64,000 nt of DNA from Myxococcales bacterium (GCA_024640845.1 JAHEEE010000006.1:27357-91356); one strand, 5' to 3'. Positions 1-10,766 are shown, counted from the stretch's first letter. Notes: generated from the sequence alone by a model not told the origin. Program-made: numbers and translations.

Positions 1-2
1 TT

Positions 3-713
3 GCCCGGGTCGGCGGCCTGTACGCGGGCTTCGTGCTCAATCGGCAAGGCTTGATCGCGGACCCCGAGGCGCAAGGAGAGCAGCGCCCCGGCGGCATCCT
101 CTACCGTCAAGGCATCGCCAAGATCAGCGAGTTCAGCCGCGCGTGCGACAGTGACGGCATCCCGTTGATTTGGCTTCAAGACATCAGCGGGTTCGACATC
201 GGCGCCGAAGCCGAACGCCACGGGCTCCTCGCTTATGGGTCGAATCTCATTTACACCAACAGCACGAATCAGACGCCCATGTTCACCGTGTTGCTTCGGA
301 AGGCATCCGGCGCTGGCTACTACGCGATGGCGGGGCTTCCTTACGATCCAGTCGTACAGCTTTCGACGACGGTGTCGCGTCTCAGTGTGATGGAGGGGCG
401 GACTCTCGCGATCGCGTCTTACAACAGCAAGCTCGACGACAACTTCGAGATCCTGACGAGGGATCCGAAGGAGCGCGCGCAGATCGAGAAGCGCATGGCA
501 GAGGTGGAGGCTCGCATCGAAGCCGACATGGACCCGTACGTGGCGGCGCGACAACTCGACACAGACGAGATCATCAAAGTCGACGAGCTGCGGGACTGGC
601 TGAAGGTACTCGTCGAGATGAGCTACCAAGGCGTTGGCTATCGCCGCGTCAAGAATCCGAGGATCTGGACGCTTCACGACCTCGATGTCCTGGTGACCGG
701 AGGGCGCGCATGA
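3..713 (+). CDS. Acyl-CoA carboxylase carboxyltransferase subunit, C-terminal part (5' end outside window)
   Basis: Frame open from the window edge. Motifs [18 protein letters not shown] and [14 protein letters not shown] are typical of the carboxyltransferase domain. A biotin-carrier gene follows. Confidence 0.85.
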   Translation, partial: ARVGGLYAGFVLNRQGLIADPEAQGEQRPGGILYRQGIAKISEFSRACDSDGIPLIWLQDISGFDIGAEAERHGLLAYGSNLIYTNSTNQTPMFTVLLRKASGAGYYAMAGLPYDPVVQLSTTVSRLSVMEGRTLAIASYNSKLDDNFEILTRDPKERAQIEKRMAEVEARIEADMDPYVAARQLDTDEIIKVDELRDWLKVLVEMSYQGVGYRRVKNPRIWTLHDLDVLVTGGRA

Positions 714-1294
714 GCCACCACGGTTACATCCTTCGCGTCAGAGCGGTCGGGGACACCCGGGAGCTCCTCGCACCGAGCGTCGGTATCTTCACGCCGAGCG
801 TCGCACAGGGCGAGATCGTGTCGGCCGGGCAGTCGATTGGCGCGATCGAGGTTCTCGGAGTGAGGCGCGCGTTAGTCGTCCCAGACGGAGTCGCTGGTCG
901 TGTCGCCCAAAGGATCGGTGGGACGCGCACCCGAGTGCCGGTGCAATATGGAGATGCGCTCATCGCGGTGTCGACCGCCTCGGTGACCGACACCTCGACC
1001 CCAACCGCCGCACGCGCAACGGAGGCGGGCACCTCTCTCTCTTTCGTGGCGCCAATGAGCGGCCGTTTCTACGGCCGACCCTCGCCGAGCGAGCCTGCGT
1101 TCGTTTCGGTTGGCGATCGTGTGACACACGGCCAGACGGTGGGACTGTTGGAGGTTATGAAGACTTTCAACCGGCTCGTATATCAAGGAGACGAGCTACC
1201 CACACATGCGACCGTCGAGCGCATCCTTCCCAAGGATGGAGACGACGTCGTGCGCGGCGATCCGATTTTGCTCCTCGACTCGGCAGAAAGCTAG
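710..1294 (+). CDS. Biotin carboxyl carrier-like protein with two biotinyl/lipoyl-like domains
   Basis: ATG at 710 overlaps the upstream stop (ATGA). C-terminal [11 protein letters not shown]...[10 protein letters not shown] is a biotinyl domain; an N-terminal copy reads APSVGIF...GAIEVLG. Confidence 0.8.
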   Translation: MSHHGYILRVRAVGDTRELLAPSVGIFTPSVAQGEIVSAGQSIGAIEVLGVRRALVVPDGVAGRVAQRIGGTRTRVPVQYGDALIAVSTASVTDTSTPTAARATEAGTSLSFVAPMSGRFYGRPSPSEPAFVSVGDRVTHGQTVGLLEVMKTFNRLVYQGDELPTHATVERILPKDGDDVVRGDPILLLDSAES

Positions 1295-1296
1295 CA

Positions 1297-2259
1297 ATGC
1301 GGGTGGCGACCTTGATGGCATGCGCCTTGGTCCTGCTCACGATGACCGCTTGCAAGTCGACCACGCCGGCGATCGAAGCGGACGACGTACCGGAGACCAA
1401 GAGCTACGTCTTCAAGCACGAGGGAATCGTCCGCGATGTGGCGATCTTCGATCCAAGAGACATCCCAGACGAGCGCCTGCGCCCGATGGTAGTGGTGCTG
1501 CACGGAGGGCTCGGGGATGACGACGACGCCGTGACGTTGAGCTTTGGGAAGCTCAACGTGCTCGCCGCCGAGGACGATTTCCTGGTCGTCTACCCCAACG
1601 GGGTCGGGGGACATTGGAACGACGGGCGCAACGTCGAGCGCTACGTGTCGCAACGGGAGCACATCAACGACGTCGGCTTTCTGAGCAAGCTCGTGGACGA
1701 CCTCGTCGAGAAGCAGAACGTCGACGCCGCATCGGTCTTCTTCGTTGGTGTGTCGGACGGAGCGATGATGGCACATCGCTTTGCGTGCGAGCGCACCAAT
1801 GAGCTTCGCGCGTTCGCCGCGGTCATCGGCTCGATGCCCTACAACGTCGCGCGAAGGCGCTCGCGCTGCGGCAAGCAGCCGCTGTCGGTGCTGATGATCA
1901 ACGGCAGTGAGGATCCGATCGTGCCGTGGGACGGCGGGACGGTGAGGTTCGACGACCGGGATCTCGGGCGAGTGCTCCCGGTAGAGCGTACGTTCTCGTT
2001 TTGGAGCCGTCACAACGGGTGCGGCGATATCGAGATTTCGATGATCCCGGATTTCGCGCCGAACGATGGCAGTCGCATCGAACGTCGAAGGGCGATCGGG
2101 TGCGAGAACGACACCAAGGTCGAGCTCTTCGTCGTACGAGGCGCCGGCCACACCTGGCCGTCCGGGTGGCAGTACCTCCCGGAGCACTTGGTGGGCCCGA
2201 CCAGTCGCGACATCGACGCGGCGATCGCGGCGTGGCGGTTCTTTCAAAGCACCCTTTAG
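1297..2259 (+). CDS. LpqC/PHB-depolymerase-like esterase, probable lipoprotein
   Basis: Lipobox-like MTAC; VVVLHGG, VVYPNG, nucleophile motif GVSDG, NGSEDPIVP and GAGHTWP. Confidence 0.8.
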   Translation: MRVATLMACALVLLTMTACKSTTPAIEADDVPETKSYVFKHEGIVRDVAIFDPRDIPDERLRPMVVVLHGGLGDDDDAVTLSFGKLNVLAAEDDFLVVYPNGVGGHWNDGRNVERYVSQREHINDVGFLSKLVDDLVEKQNVDAASVFFVGVSDGAMMAHRFACERTNELRAFAAVIGSMPYNVARRRSRCGKQPLSVLMINGSEDPIVPWDGGTVRFDDRDLGRVLPVERTFSFWSRHNGCGDIEISMIPDFAPNDGSRIERRRAIGCENDTKVELFVVRGAGHTWPSGWQYLPEHLVGPTSRDIDAAIAAWRFFQSTL

Positions 2260-2288
2260 CCGGCGTGGTTGGTGCTAAGGTCAGCGCG

Positions 2289-3476
2289 ATGGTGGAAGTG
2301 AAGCTCGGCGATCGTTCCTTGTTTCCCAGTCTCGAGGGCGTGGCATACCTGGCCCACGCGGCGATATCACCGCTCTCGGCGCCGGTGTGCGCGCGTATCG
2401 CGGAGGTGACGCATGATTACGCTCGGGGCGGCATGGCGGGCTTCCTCCGCTGGGCGCCTCGGCTGCGGGAGGTGCGTCGCGACTTGGCCTCGTTGATCTC
2501 CGCCGAGCCGGACGAGATCGCATTCGTCGCAAACACCACGCAAGGTGTGATCGATGTAGCCTTCGGAATCCCCTGGCGCGAGGGCGATCGAGTCGTGCTG
2601 TTCGACGGTGAGTTTCCCGCGAATGTGACACCTTGGCAGCGGGCGGCAGAGGAGTTTCGACTCGATCTAACCTGGTTGCCCCTCAGCCCGTTCCACCGCT
2701 CGGTCGGCGAGGGGCTCGCGGAGCTCGAGAGGGAGCTCGAACGAGGTGTGCGTGTCGTCGCGGTGAGCGCGGTACAATACAAGACCGGCCTTCGTATGCC
2801 GCTCGCGGAGATGGCCGCGCTCTGCCACGAGTACGACGCCGAGATCTTCGTCGATGCCATTCAGGCGCTGGGCGCGACACCCGTGGACGTGACGTGGGGC
2901 ATCGACTATCTGAGTTCGGGGAGTCACAAGCACTTGATGGGTGCGGAGGGGGCCGGCTTCCTCTACGTCGCCGACCGTTGCGCGGCCTCGCTACGCCCGA
3001 GGCTCGCGGGTTGGCTCGGTCACGTAGACCCGGTCGCGTTTCTCACCGGCGACGAGCCGCGGCTTCGGTACGACAATCCGCTGAAGCTCGGCGCCCAGGC
3101 TCTCGAGATCGGGACAAGCAACGTGATGGGTCTCGCAGGTCTCGGGGTCTCCCTCGAGCTTCTCTCACGACCGGGGGTCCCGGCGATTCATTCGCACGTT
3201 CAGGTCTACCTCGATCGCCTCGAAATCGGGTTGGCGGCGCGTGGCTTCGAAAGCCGGCGGTCGAACGACCCTTCGCTTCGCTCGACGCTCCTCGCCGTAG
3301 CTGTGCCTTCCGATGTACGGCTGAGCAAACTCGCGGCGGCGCTTCGTGACCGGGGCGTCATCTGCAACACCCCGGACGGCCTGATGCGGTTTGCGCCTCA
3401 TTGGCCGAATTCACATGATGAGGTCCCCGTCGTCCTCGACGCAGTGGACCAGGCGCTGGCCGCTCTGCGCGCTTGA
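2289..3476 (+). CDS. Class V PLP-dependent aminotransferase (cysteine desulfurase-like)
   Basis: YLAHAAISP, NTTQG, VDAIQALG and PLP-lysine motif SGSHKHLMG. Start trimmed to ATG 2289. Confidence 0.85.
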   Translation: MVEVKLGDRSLFPSLEGVAYLAHAAISPLSAPVCARIAEVTHDYARGGMAGFLRWAPRLREVRRDLASLISAEPDEIAFVANTTQGVIDVAFGIPWREGDRVVLFDGEFPANVTPWQRAAEEFRLDLTWLPLSPFHRSVGEGLAELERELERGVRVVAVSAVQYKTGLRMPLAEMAALCHEYDAEIFVDAIQALGATPVDVTWGIDYLSSGSHKHLMGAEGAGFLYVADRCAASLRPRLAGWLGHVDPVAFLTGDEPRLRYDNPLKLGAQALEIGTSNVMGLAGLGVSLELLSRPGVPAIHSHVQVYLDRLEIGLAARGFESRRSNDPSLRSTLLAVAVPSDVRLSKLAAALRDRGVICNTPDGLMRFAPHWPNSHDEVPVVLDAVDQALAALRA

Positions 3477-3491
3477 GCCTAGGCTCGCCAG

Positions 3492-4010
3492 GTGCGCACC
3501 GAAAGCGATCGCAGCTTTTTCATCTTCAACGCGGTCATCTCCGTTGCAGCCGTCGGGTTTCTCGGTTGGCTCTTGCTCGTTCGAGAGGGTGGTGGCGTCA
3601 ACGCCGACCTGAGCTTCATGCCGGGGGTAAACGCCGCCCTCAACGCCACCTCTGCGACGCTCCTCGTGCTCGGGCTCGCTGCCATTCGAAGCGGACGCCG
3701 CGACGTTCACCAGCGCCTGATGGTCTCGGCATTCGCGGCTTCGGCTGTCTTTCTCATCGGCTACGTGATCTATCACTACGCCCATGGAGACACGCAATAC
3801 CAAGGGGAGGGTGCTGTTCGCATCGTGTATTTCACGGTCCTCATCACCCACGTCCTGCTCTCGATCGTGATGCTCCCGATGATTCTGACGACGTTTTATC
3901 TGGCCGCACGCGAACGCTTCACAGCGCACCGGAAGCTCGCCAAGTGGACCTTGCCGATCTGGCTCTACGTTTCCGTGACGGGCGTCGTGATCTACTTCAT
4001 GCTTCGCTGA
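3492..4010 (+). CDS. DUF420-family membrane protein
   Basis: Several TM helices; VNAALN, H..LM..AF, LITHV.LS and HRKLAKWTLPIWLYVSVTG motifs. Confidence 0.85.
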   Translation: MRTESDRSFFIFNAVISVAAVGFLGWLLLVREGGGVNADLSFMPGVNAALNATSATLLVLGLAAIRSGRRDVHQRLMVSAFAASAVFLIGYVIYHYAHGDTQYQGEGAVRIVYFTVLITHVLLSIVMLPMILTTFYLAARERFTAHRKLAKWTLPIWLYVSVTGVVIYFMLR

Positions 4011-4025
4011 GTCGAGGAGGGATCG

Positions 4026-4277
4026 ATGGGAATCATTTCGTGGATCGTATTTGGTTTGGTGGCGGGCATCTTTGCCAAGTTCCTCATGCCTGGTGACGAC
4101 CCCGGAGGGTTCCTCAAGACCACGGCCGTCGGCGTGGTCGGGGCGCTCGTGGGCGGTTTCATCGCGACACGCATCGGCTTCGGGAACGTGACCGGGTTCA
4201 ATCTCCGCAGCTTCGCAATCGCTATTGCGGGTTCGCTCTTGGTGCTTTGGGGCTACCGCAAGCTCAAGAGCTCGTAA
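4026..4277 (+). CDS. GlsB/YeaQ/YmgE-family stress-response membrane protein
   Basis: MGIISWIVFGLVAGIFAKFLMPG..PGG...GVVGALVGGFI; GGAGG RBS upstream. Confidence 0.9.
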   Translation: MGIISWIVFGLVAGIFAKFLMPGDDPGGFLKTTAVGVVGALVGGFIATRIGFGNVTGFNLRSFAIAIAGSLLVLWGYRKLKSS

Positions 4278-4290
4278 CAACACCACCAGC

Positions 4291-4345
4291 CGACCCCCAC
4301 CGCGAGCGCGTTTGTCGCGACCGACTCTCCGGTCCGTGGGCGTCG
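4291..4345. repeat. Short palindromic REP-like repeat, copy 1
   Basis: 4295-4340 matches 26815-26860 at 37/46 nt ungapped. Stems cccac/gtggg and cgcga/tcgcg. Lies between convergent genes. Confidence 0.6.
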
Positions 4346-4368
4346 TGCGTTCGCGCTCGAGCGTCCGT

Positions 4369-6081
4369 TCAGTTGGTCAGCCGTCGCACTGCCAGTATCC
4401 CCTCCGCGACCATCCATAGGAGGAGCACGAGCAGCAGGGACGCGAGCGCAGTGAGCGGGGCGTTGCCCTCCGCCAGGAACTGTTGGAGCTTGGCGATCAA
4501 GGCAAGCGCGGCGACCGGCATGACGAGCAGCATCGGGATCACGAGTGGCCACACGGGGCGCTTCCTCGAAAAGAAATAGAGCGCGAGTGTCATCAACGTG
4601 AACGCGGCCAAGAGCTGGTTACTGGCGCCAAAGATCGGCCACAGCACCCAACCTACGGCTTTGGCCTGTCCGGTCGTTGGGTCCGGCGTCTCTGCGAGCG
4701 CCAGGTACATGGCCGGAACGACCGCGATGATCGTGGCGATATACGGATTCGTGAGAGGCTTGATCCTCAGCGCTTCACCGAACTCGCTCAAGATGAAGCG
4801 CTGGATGCGAGTTGCGGTGTCGAGCGACGTGGCCGCGAACGCGATCACCAGCACAGCCATCAATGTGCGCGCCAGCTCCGAAGACAAACCGACGGCTTCG
4901 AGGAACGCACCGCCGCCGAGCACGAACGCTGCGGCTTTGTTGCCACCCGCGTGCGCCCAGGAGTCGTAATAGAGGGCCCAGCTCAGATCGTCGACAGCGC
5001 CCTGGGTGGGAAGAGCGCATGCCCCGACGAGCCCGATGCCGGCCACTGCGGCAAGCGTCGATGCAAGGGCAAGCGAGCCTTCGCCGAGCATGGCGCCGTA
5101 TCCGATCATGCGCGCGTCCCGGAGCTTGTCGATCTGCTTGGATGTCGTGCCCGACGAGACCAGCCCGTGGAAGCCGCTGATCGCACCGCAGGCGATCGTC
5201 ACGAACAGGATCGGGAAGATCGAAGGGGCGCCCGCCTCCGGGCTTCGGTACACAGGAGCGTCGAAGTTTGGGTGGGCGATGAGTAGGCCGAGGAATAAAA
5301 GACCCAGCCCCACGAAAAGCTGGTGGCTGTTGATGTAGTCGCGCGGCTGCAGGAGCAGCCAGACCGGCAACAGGCTAGCAATCGCCGAATAGATCAGAAG
5401 AAAGAAGATCCAGCCGGAGATGACGCGGTGCTCGTCAACCCCCATCGCGACGAAATCGATCGGCACCTCGACACCGACCCATACGAAAAAATACAGCACT
5501 GCAAGAGCAACCAGCGACGGGACCAGGATCTTGACGCGTCGCTTGTAGACGAGCCAACCGATCACCAGCGCGACGATGATCTGGATGTTGATTGGGATGA
5601 CACTCGTCGGCTGGCTCACGAAGAGGCCAGCGATCGCCATCGCGAATACCGCAAGCACCAACCAAATCAAGACAAGCACGAAGCACATGAACAAGATTCG
5701 GGCGCGCTTGCTGATGGTCTTCGCCGTGATGTCCGCGATCGAATGACCTTTTTCGCGAACGCTTGCGACTAGGGCGCCGAAGTCGTGCGCGGCGCCCATG
5801 AAGATCGTGCCGAGCACCACCCAAGCGAGCGCCGGGCCCCAACCCCAGTACGCAGCGACGCAAGGGCCAATGATCGGCGCGGCACCGGCGATCGACGTGA
5901 AGTGGTGGCCAAACAGTACTGCGCGCTGCGTTGGCACGAAGTCGACTCCGTCTTCGAGCTCGTGCGCAGGCGTTACCAGGTCTTCTTGATCCTCGAAGAC
6001 TTGCTCCCCGAGAAATCGCCCATAGAGTCGATACGCGATCAGGAATGCACCGAGGACCAGAGCCGCCGCGAACGCCGCCAT
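4369..6081 (-). CDS. cstA: Carbon starvation protein A family transporter
   Basis: TPAHELEDGVDFVPT, FGHHFTSIAGAAPIIGP, LLQPRDYIN, TIACGAISGFHGLVSSGTTSKQ and TSLDTATR. Confidence 0.92.
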   Translation of the reverse strand: MAAFAAALVLGAFLIAYRLYGRFLGEQVFEDQEDLVTPAHELEDGVDFVPTQRAVLFGHHFTSIAGAAPIIGPCVAAYWGWGPALAWVVLGTIFMGAAHDFGALVASVREKGHSIADITAKTISKRARILFMCFVLVLIWLVLAVFAMAIAGLFVSQPTSVIPINIQIIVALVIGWLVYKRRVKILVPSLVALAVLYFFVWVGVEVPIDFVAMGVDEHRVISGWIFFLLIYSAIASLLPVWLLLQPRDYINSHQLFVGLGLLFLGLLIAHPNFDAPVYRSPEAGAPSIFPILFVTIACGAISGFHGLVSSGTTSKQIDKLRDARMIGYGAMLGEGSLALASTLAAVAGIGLVGACALPTQGAVDDLSWALYYDSWAHAGGNKAAAFVLGGGAFLEAVGLSSELARTLMAVLVIAFAATSLDTATRIQRFILSEFGEALRIKPLTNPYIATIIAVVPAMYLALAETPDPTTGQAKAVGWVLWPIFGASNQLLAAFTLMTLALYFFSRKRPVWPLVIPMLLVMPVAALALIAKLQQFLAEGNAPLTALASLLLVLLLWMVAEGILAVRRLTN

Positions 6082-6165
6082 TTGCGCGTTGGTCGGCTTT
6101 TTTCAGGGTTTGGTCAAGCACAAAACTCGCTTTCCTTTGGGTCGAAAAGGGCTAAGGTCCCGGCC

Positions 6166-7227
6166 ATGAGTGGGACCTTTCGACCCCATGGCTTGTGGAC
6201 CGCCCTGGTGACCCCGTTTTCAGCGGATCTTCAGGTCGACGACGATTCCTTCCGGAGCCTCATCGAGTTCCAAATCCAAGAGGGCGTCGACGGTGTGCTC
6301 CCTTGCGGAACCACTGGTGAGTCGCCCACGCTTTCATGGCGAGAGCACGATGCGGTCGTCGAAGCTGCGATCCGCACGGTCGACGGGCGCGTTGGCGTGC
6401 TTGCCGGCACCGGTAGCAACAACACGCAGGAGGCGATTCGTTCGACCACCCAGGCCAAGGAAGCCGGCGCGACCGCTGCGCTGTTGGTCGACTGCTACTA
6501 CAACGGCCCTTCGAGCCTAGAGCTCCGCACGGAATACTACGAGCGCATTCTCGGGCAGGTGCCCGATATTCCCATCGTGCCGTACGTGATTCCGGGTCGC
6601 AGCGGATGTGCGCTCTCGGCCGCCGACCTTGCGATTCTGCACTTGAACGACCCGAAGAGGGTGCCCGCCGTGAAGCAAGCGACGGGTGACCTCGACCGCA
6701 TGCGTCTCGATCGCAAGCTTTCGGGGTCGGCGCTGAGCATCTTGTCCGGCGACGATGAGATGACCCTCACGATGATGCGCGACGAAAAGATCCGCGGGTG
6801 TGGTGTGATCAGCGTGTTGTCGAACATCGTACCCGGCGCGATTGGCGGGATGGTGCGAGCGCAGTCGGCCGACGATGCCGAAGAGACGGAACGGCTTGCT
6901 CAGGCCCTGGAGCCCCTCCTCAAGCTCGTGAACTGCACCGTGACGGGGGTCCGAACGCTACCGAATGGGCAGAGCGTCGAGGTCACCGACAAATTCAGGA
7001 ACCCGGTGCCGGTGAAGACGATGATGGCGGGCCTCGGGATGATCTCGTCGGTCAAGCGCGCACCCCTCGGCCGCATGAGTTCGGCGGCCGTCGCGCAGTG
7101 CCGCGACGCCCTTCGCCAGGTGCACACCGCGGACCCAGGCATTCTCGGACCGATCGAAGAGGCGTTCGAAGTTCGCATCGGCCAGCGCCTCGGCGACGAT
7201 GGGGTATGGTCGGCGCTCGCCCGCTGA
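6166..7227 (+). CDS. dapA: 4-hydroxy-tetrahydrodipicolinate synthase
   Basis: [28 protein letters not shown], catalytic Tyr (PYVIPGRSG) and Lys (AVKQA). Start at ATG 6166. dapB is nearby. Confidence 0.85.
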   Translation: MSGTFRPHGLWTALVTPFSADLQVDDDSFRSLIEFQIQEGVDGVLPCGTTGESPTLSWREHDAVVEAAIRTVDGRVGVLAGTGSNNTQEAIRSTTQAKEAGATAALLVDCYYNGPSSLELRTEYYERILGQVPDIPIVPYVIPGRSGCALSAADLAILHLNDPKRVPAVKQATGDLDRMRLDRKLSGSALSILSGDDEMTLTMMRDEKIRGCGVISVLSNIVPGAIGGMVRAQSADDAEETERLAQALEPLLKLVNCTVTGVRTLPNGQSVEVTDKFRNPVPVKTMMAGLGMISSVKRAPLGRMSSAAVAQCRDALRQVHTADPGILGPIEEAFEVRIGQRLGDDGVWSALAR

Positions 7228-7234
7228 GGGGACC

Positions 7235-8260
7235 GTGTACCGAGCGCTGATTCGGCCGTTGTTGTATTTGCTGTCGGCGGAGACTGCGCATCACCTCGCG
7301 TTCGGGTGCCTTTGCATCGTGGCCGCCATTCCCGGGGTGAAGCCGCTGCTAAGAAGCATCTTTCACAGCCGAGATGCAAGGCGTGTCGACGCCCTGGGTC
7401 TGAGCTTTCCGAACGCGATTGGGCTGGCTGCGGGCTTCGACAAGGACGCGATCGGTTACGAGGCGCTTGGGTCCATCGGTTTTGGTTTCGTCGAGATAGG
7501 AACGCTTACGGGTCAGCCGCAGCCTGGGAACCCCACACCTCGTCTTTTCCGTTTGCCGAAAGACCGTGCGCTCGTGAATCGAATGGGCTTCAACAACCGC
7601 GGCTCAGCGGACGCGGTAGGAAGGCTCCGAGGGCCCCGTCGCACGATCGTCGGCGTGAACATCGGTAAGACCAAGGTCGTTTCCGAGGGCGACGCCATCA
7701 ACGACTACGTCGTTAGCGCCAGGCGAGTCGGACCGCACGCGGACTACGTCGTCGTCAACGTGAGCTCTCCCAACACGCCCGGCCTTCGTGACCTCCAAGC
7801 GACCGAAAAGCTGCGCCCACTGCTTCAGGCGGTTCGTGAAGCGCTTAATGAAGTATCTCCGGCCCGACATGTCCCCCTGCTCGTGAAAATCGCACCAGAT
7901 CTCGCTGATGACGACGTCGATGCGGTCGCCGACATGGCGCTCGATTTGGGCCTAGACGGGATCGTTGCCACGAACACCACGATTCGGCGAGATGGGTTGC
8001 AGAGCAGCGCCGAGGAAGTGGAACGCTGCGGATCAGGGGGCCTGAGCGGACCGCCGCTGCACCACCGCGCACTCGAGGTCCTCAAGCGCCTGAAGGCGAA
8101 AACAGGCGACAGGCTGACGCTGATCTCGGTAGGAGGCATCGAAACCCCCGAGCAGGCCCGCGAAAGAATCGAAGCGGGGGCCACGCTCCTACAGATCTAT
8201 ACGGCGTTGATCTACGAGGGCCCGTTTTTGCCGAAGCGCTTGGCCAAAGGCGTCGCGTAG
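7235..8260 (+). CDS. pyrD: Quinone-dependent dihydroorotate dehydrogenase
   Basis: [46 protein letters not shown] and GGLSG. Confidence 0.95.
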   Translation: MYRALIRPLLYLLSAETAHHLAFGCLCIVAAIPGVKPLLRSIFHSRDARRVDALGLSFPNAIGLAAGFDKDAIGYEALGSIGFGFVEIGTLTGQPQPGNPTPRLFRLPKDRALVNRMGFNNRGSADAVGRLRGPRRTIVGVNIGKTKVVSEGDAINDYVVSARRVGPHADYVVVNVSSPNTPGLRDLQATEKLRPLLQAVREALNEVSPARHVPLLVKIAPDLADDDVDAVADMALDLGLDGIVATNTTIRRDGLQSSAEEVERCGSGGLSGPPLHHRALEVLKRLKAKTGDRLTLISVGGIETPEQARERIEAGATLLQIYTALIYEGPFLPKRLAKGVA

Positions 8261-8300
8261 GACCGTGTGCATCTCGACGCCCGGGCATCTTGCGCAAGCG

Positions 8301-9560
8301 CTACTCCTTGGCATCCACTACCGCCGCCGCAATCGAATCTGACCATACGTTCACCGTCGTTCGACACATATCGAGGATTCGGTCGACTGCGAGAATGAGC
8401 GCCACGGCGCTCGTAGGAAGCCCTACGGCGTTTAGTACCACCACCATCATCACCATGCCTGCGTGCGGAATCCCAGCCGCGCCAATACTGGCCAGCAACG
8501 CTGTCAGCGCGACCAAACCCTGCTGAGCGATCGTGAGATCGATGCCGTAGACCTGTGCGATGAACAACACGGCCACCGCTTCGTACAGAGCGGTTCCGTC
8601 CATGTTGATCGTCGCCCCCAAGGGCAGCACGAAAGACGTCACGTGCGGCCGCACGCCCGCCTCCTCCGCGTTTTGCATCGTGAGGGGGAGGGTACCGTTG
8701 CTCGAGGCGGTGCTAAATGCCGTGACCAGGGCCGTGGTCATGCTCCGCATGTACGCGATCGGCGAGCGGCCGGTGAACAGCCTGAGGATCCCCGGCAGTG
8801 TAATCGTCGCGTGAATCACCAGTGCGACGAACACCGACAGAACATACCAGCCGAGGACCTGGAACGCCGCGGGCCCTTTGCCTGCCGCCGCGTACAGCGT
8901 GAACCCGAATACGCCGATTGGCGCGAACCTCACGACGAACAACGTCATCTCCATCATGACGTCGAAGAGCCCCGAGAAAAAGCGTCGCACCACGCTCGCG
9001 TCGGCCGACCCTTGGCGATGCTCGGCGATTCCAATGAAGACACCGATCAAGAGTGAGAAGAAGATCACCGGAAGCATGTCGCCTTCGGTGGCCGCCGCGA
9101 GGGGGTTCTTGGGAATCAAGCTCTCGAGTTGCTCCCACAACACGACGCCGATCCCGCCCGGTGCCTGGGCCACGACGCCCGCGGCTGCGCCTTCCTCGAG
9201 GAGCGCGAGCTCGGCGCCTTCGCCCGGCTTGATCAAGTTGACCACGAAGATTCCCGTCAAGATCGCAAAGAAGCTCGTGCTGAGATAGAAGACGATCGCG
9301 CGTCCACCGATCGCGCCAAGAGTTCGGAGGTCGCCCATCCCGGTCACACCCGTGATCAGCGACGACACGATCAGCGGGACGACCAGCATTTGGAGTAGGC
9401 GGAGGAAGAGGTCCCCGACCTTCTTGCCCAGCATGGCGACGGTGCCGACCACGCCGGAGTCGACCATGCCTTCGGCGCCGGCCCAGTTGAGCGCCAGGCC
9501 GAGGACGGCGCCTAGACCCATGGCGATCAAGATCCAATGATGGAGTTGCAGTCGTTTCAC
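8301..9560 (-). CDS. Dicarboxylate/amino acid:cation symporter (GltP family)
   Basis: AFSTASSNGTLP, FVLPLGATINMDGTALYE, SIGAAGIP and DRILDMCRTTVNV. Confidence 0.93.
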   Translation of the reverse strand: MKRLQLHHWILIAMGLGAVLGLALNWAGAEGMVDSGVVGTVAMLGKKVGDLFLRLLQMLVVPLIVSSLITGVTGMGDLRTLGAIGGRAIVFYLSTSFFAILTGIFVVNLIKPGEGAELALLEEGAAAGVVAQAPGGIGVVLWEQLESLIPKNPLAAATEGDMLPVIFFSLLIGVFIGIAEHRQGSADASVVRRFFSGLFDVMMEMTLFVVRFAPIGVFGFTLYAAAGKGPAAFQVLGWYVLSVFVALVIHATITLPGILRLFTGRSPIAYMRSMTTALVTAFSTASSNGTLPLTMQNAEEAGVRPHVTSFVLPLGATINMDGTALYEAVAVLFIAQVYGIDLTIAQQGLVALTALLASIGAAGIPHAGMVMMVVVLNAVGLPTSAVALILAVDRILDMCRTTVNVWSDSIAAAVVDAKE

Positions 9561-9605
9561 GGCCGCGCATTATGCGGACGCTCCTCTAGGATGTAAAACC
9601 AACCC

Positions 9606-10766
9606 ATGACCGACGAGAATCCAGACAAAGGCCCGCTTTTAGAGCTGCGGGCAGCCCTCGATGCGCTTGACCACGAGTTGCTCGACCTTCTCGTCCGCCG
9701 GATGGACATCGTTGCCGAGGTCGCGGCGCGGAAGCGATCCCATCGCGTACGGATACGCGACCTCGCCCGCGAGCGGCGGATTCTCGAAGACCGCTGTGCT
9801 CGCGCCACCGAGCTTGGTTTGTCGCCTGACAGCATCGAATCGGTCTGGCGGCAGCTCATGTTGATGAGCCGCGAGCGTCAGGCTGCGCTTCGGGCGGAGG
9901 TGCCTCCCGACGTCCAGACGCGAACGGTCGCCATCATCGGTGGGGAGGGCGGGATGGGTCGTTCGCTCAACAAGCTTTTCTCCGATCTCGGTCACGAAGT
10001 GCTGAGCGCAGATCTAGATACGGCGCTGCGTCCCGAGGAAGCGGCCGCGACTGCAGACGTCGTCATCATCAGCGTTCCCATTCGCGATACTCGTGCGGTC
10101 ATCGAGCAGCTCGGCCCGCTCGTTCGAAAAGATGCGCTCCTGATGGATGTCACCTCCCTCAAGGCCGACCCCATGGAGGCAATGCTCGCGTCCACCGACG
10201 CCAGCGTCGTTGGGACGCACCCGATGTTCGGTCCTGGCGTCAATACATACCAGGGGCAGCGCGTCGTGATCTGCCCTGGGCGCGGAGACGAGTGGCTCGA
10301 TTGGGCGCGTCAAATGTTCACCGCGCGCGGTCTGGTCATCACGGAAGCGACCCCTTCCGAGCACGACTCGATGATGGCCATCGTTCAGGTCTTGCATCAT
10401 TTCAAGACGCAGGTGCTCGGACTCGCGTTGAGCCGCGCGGGGTCGCCACTCGAGGAGACTCTGCGCTTCACGTCTCCGGCGTACCTGCTCGAAGCCTACG
10501 TGACCGGCCGCCACTTTGCGCAGGCCCCCGAGCTCTATGGCCCGATCGAGATGCTCAATCCGGACTCGGAACGCGTCATCGACATCTTTCGGAGCGCCGC
10601 CGCCGACCTAGCCGACATCCTGGCCAATCAAGACCAGGGCGCCTTCGACCAGGTGTTCGCGGACGTCCGCTCCTTCTTTGGCGCATTCACCGAAGAAGCT
10701 CTCGAGCAGAGCGGCTTCCTGATCGATCGCCTCGTGGAGCTGAGCGCCGGACGCTCCTCTACGTAG
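9606..10766 (+). CDS. tyrA: Bifunctional chorismate mutase/prephenate dehydrogenase
   Basis: N-terminal AroQ helix (LRAALDALDHELLDLLVRR), then IIGGEGGMG, DVTSLK, HPMFGP and EHD.MM..VQ. Confidence 0.92.
   Translation: MTDENPDKGPLLELRAALDALDHELLDLLVRRMDIVAEVAARKRSHRVRIRDLARERRILEDRCARATELGLSPDSIESVWRQLMLMSRERQAALRAEVPPDVQTRTVAIIGGEGGMGRSLNKLFSDLGHEVLSADLDTALRPEEAAATADVVIISVPIRDTRAVIEQLGPLVRKDALLMDVTSLKADPMEAMLASTDASVVGTHPMFGPGVNTYQGQRVVICPGRGDEWLDWARQMFTARGLVITEATPSEHDSMMAIVQVLHHFKTQVLGLALSRAGSPLEETLRFTSPAYLLEAYVTGRHFAQAPELYGPIEMLNPDSERVIDIFRSAAADLADILANQDQGAFDQVFADVRSFFGAFTEEALEQSGFLIDRLVELSAGRSST

Noticed and set aside
170-709. N-terminal extension of ORF 170-1294
   Set aside because: It is an Arg-rich alternative frame of the carboxyltransferase gene; ATG 710 is coupled to the upstream stop.
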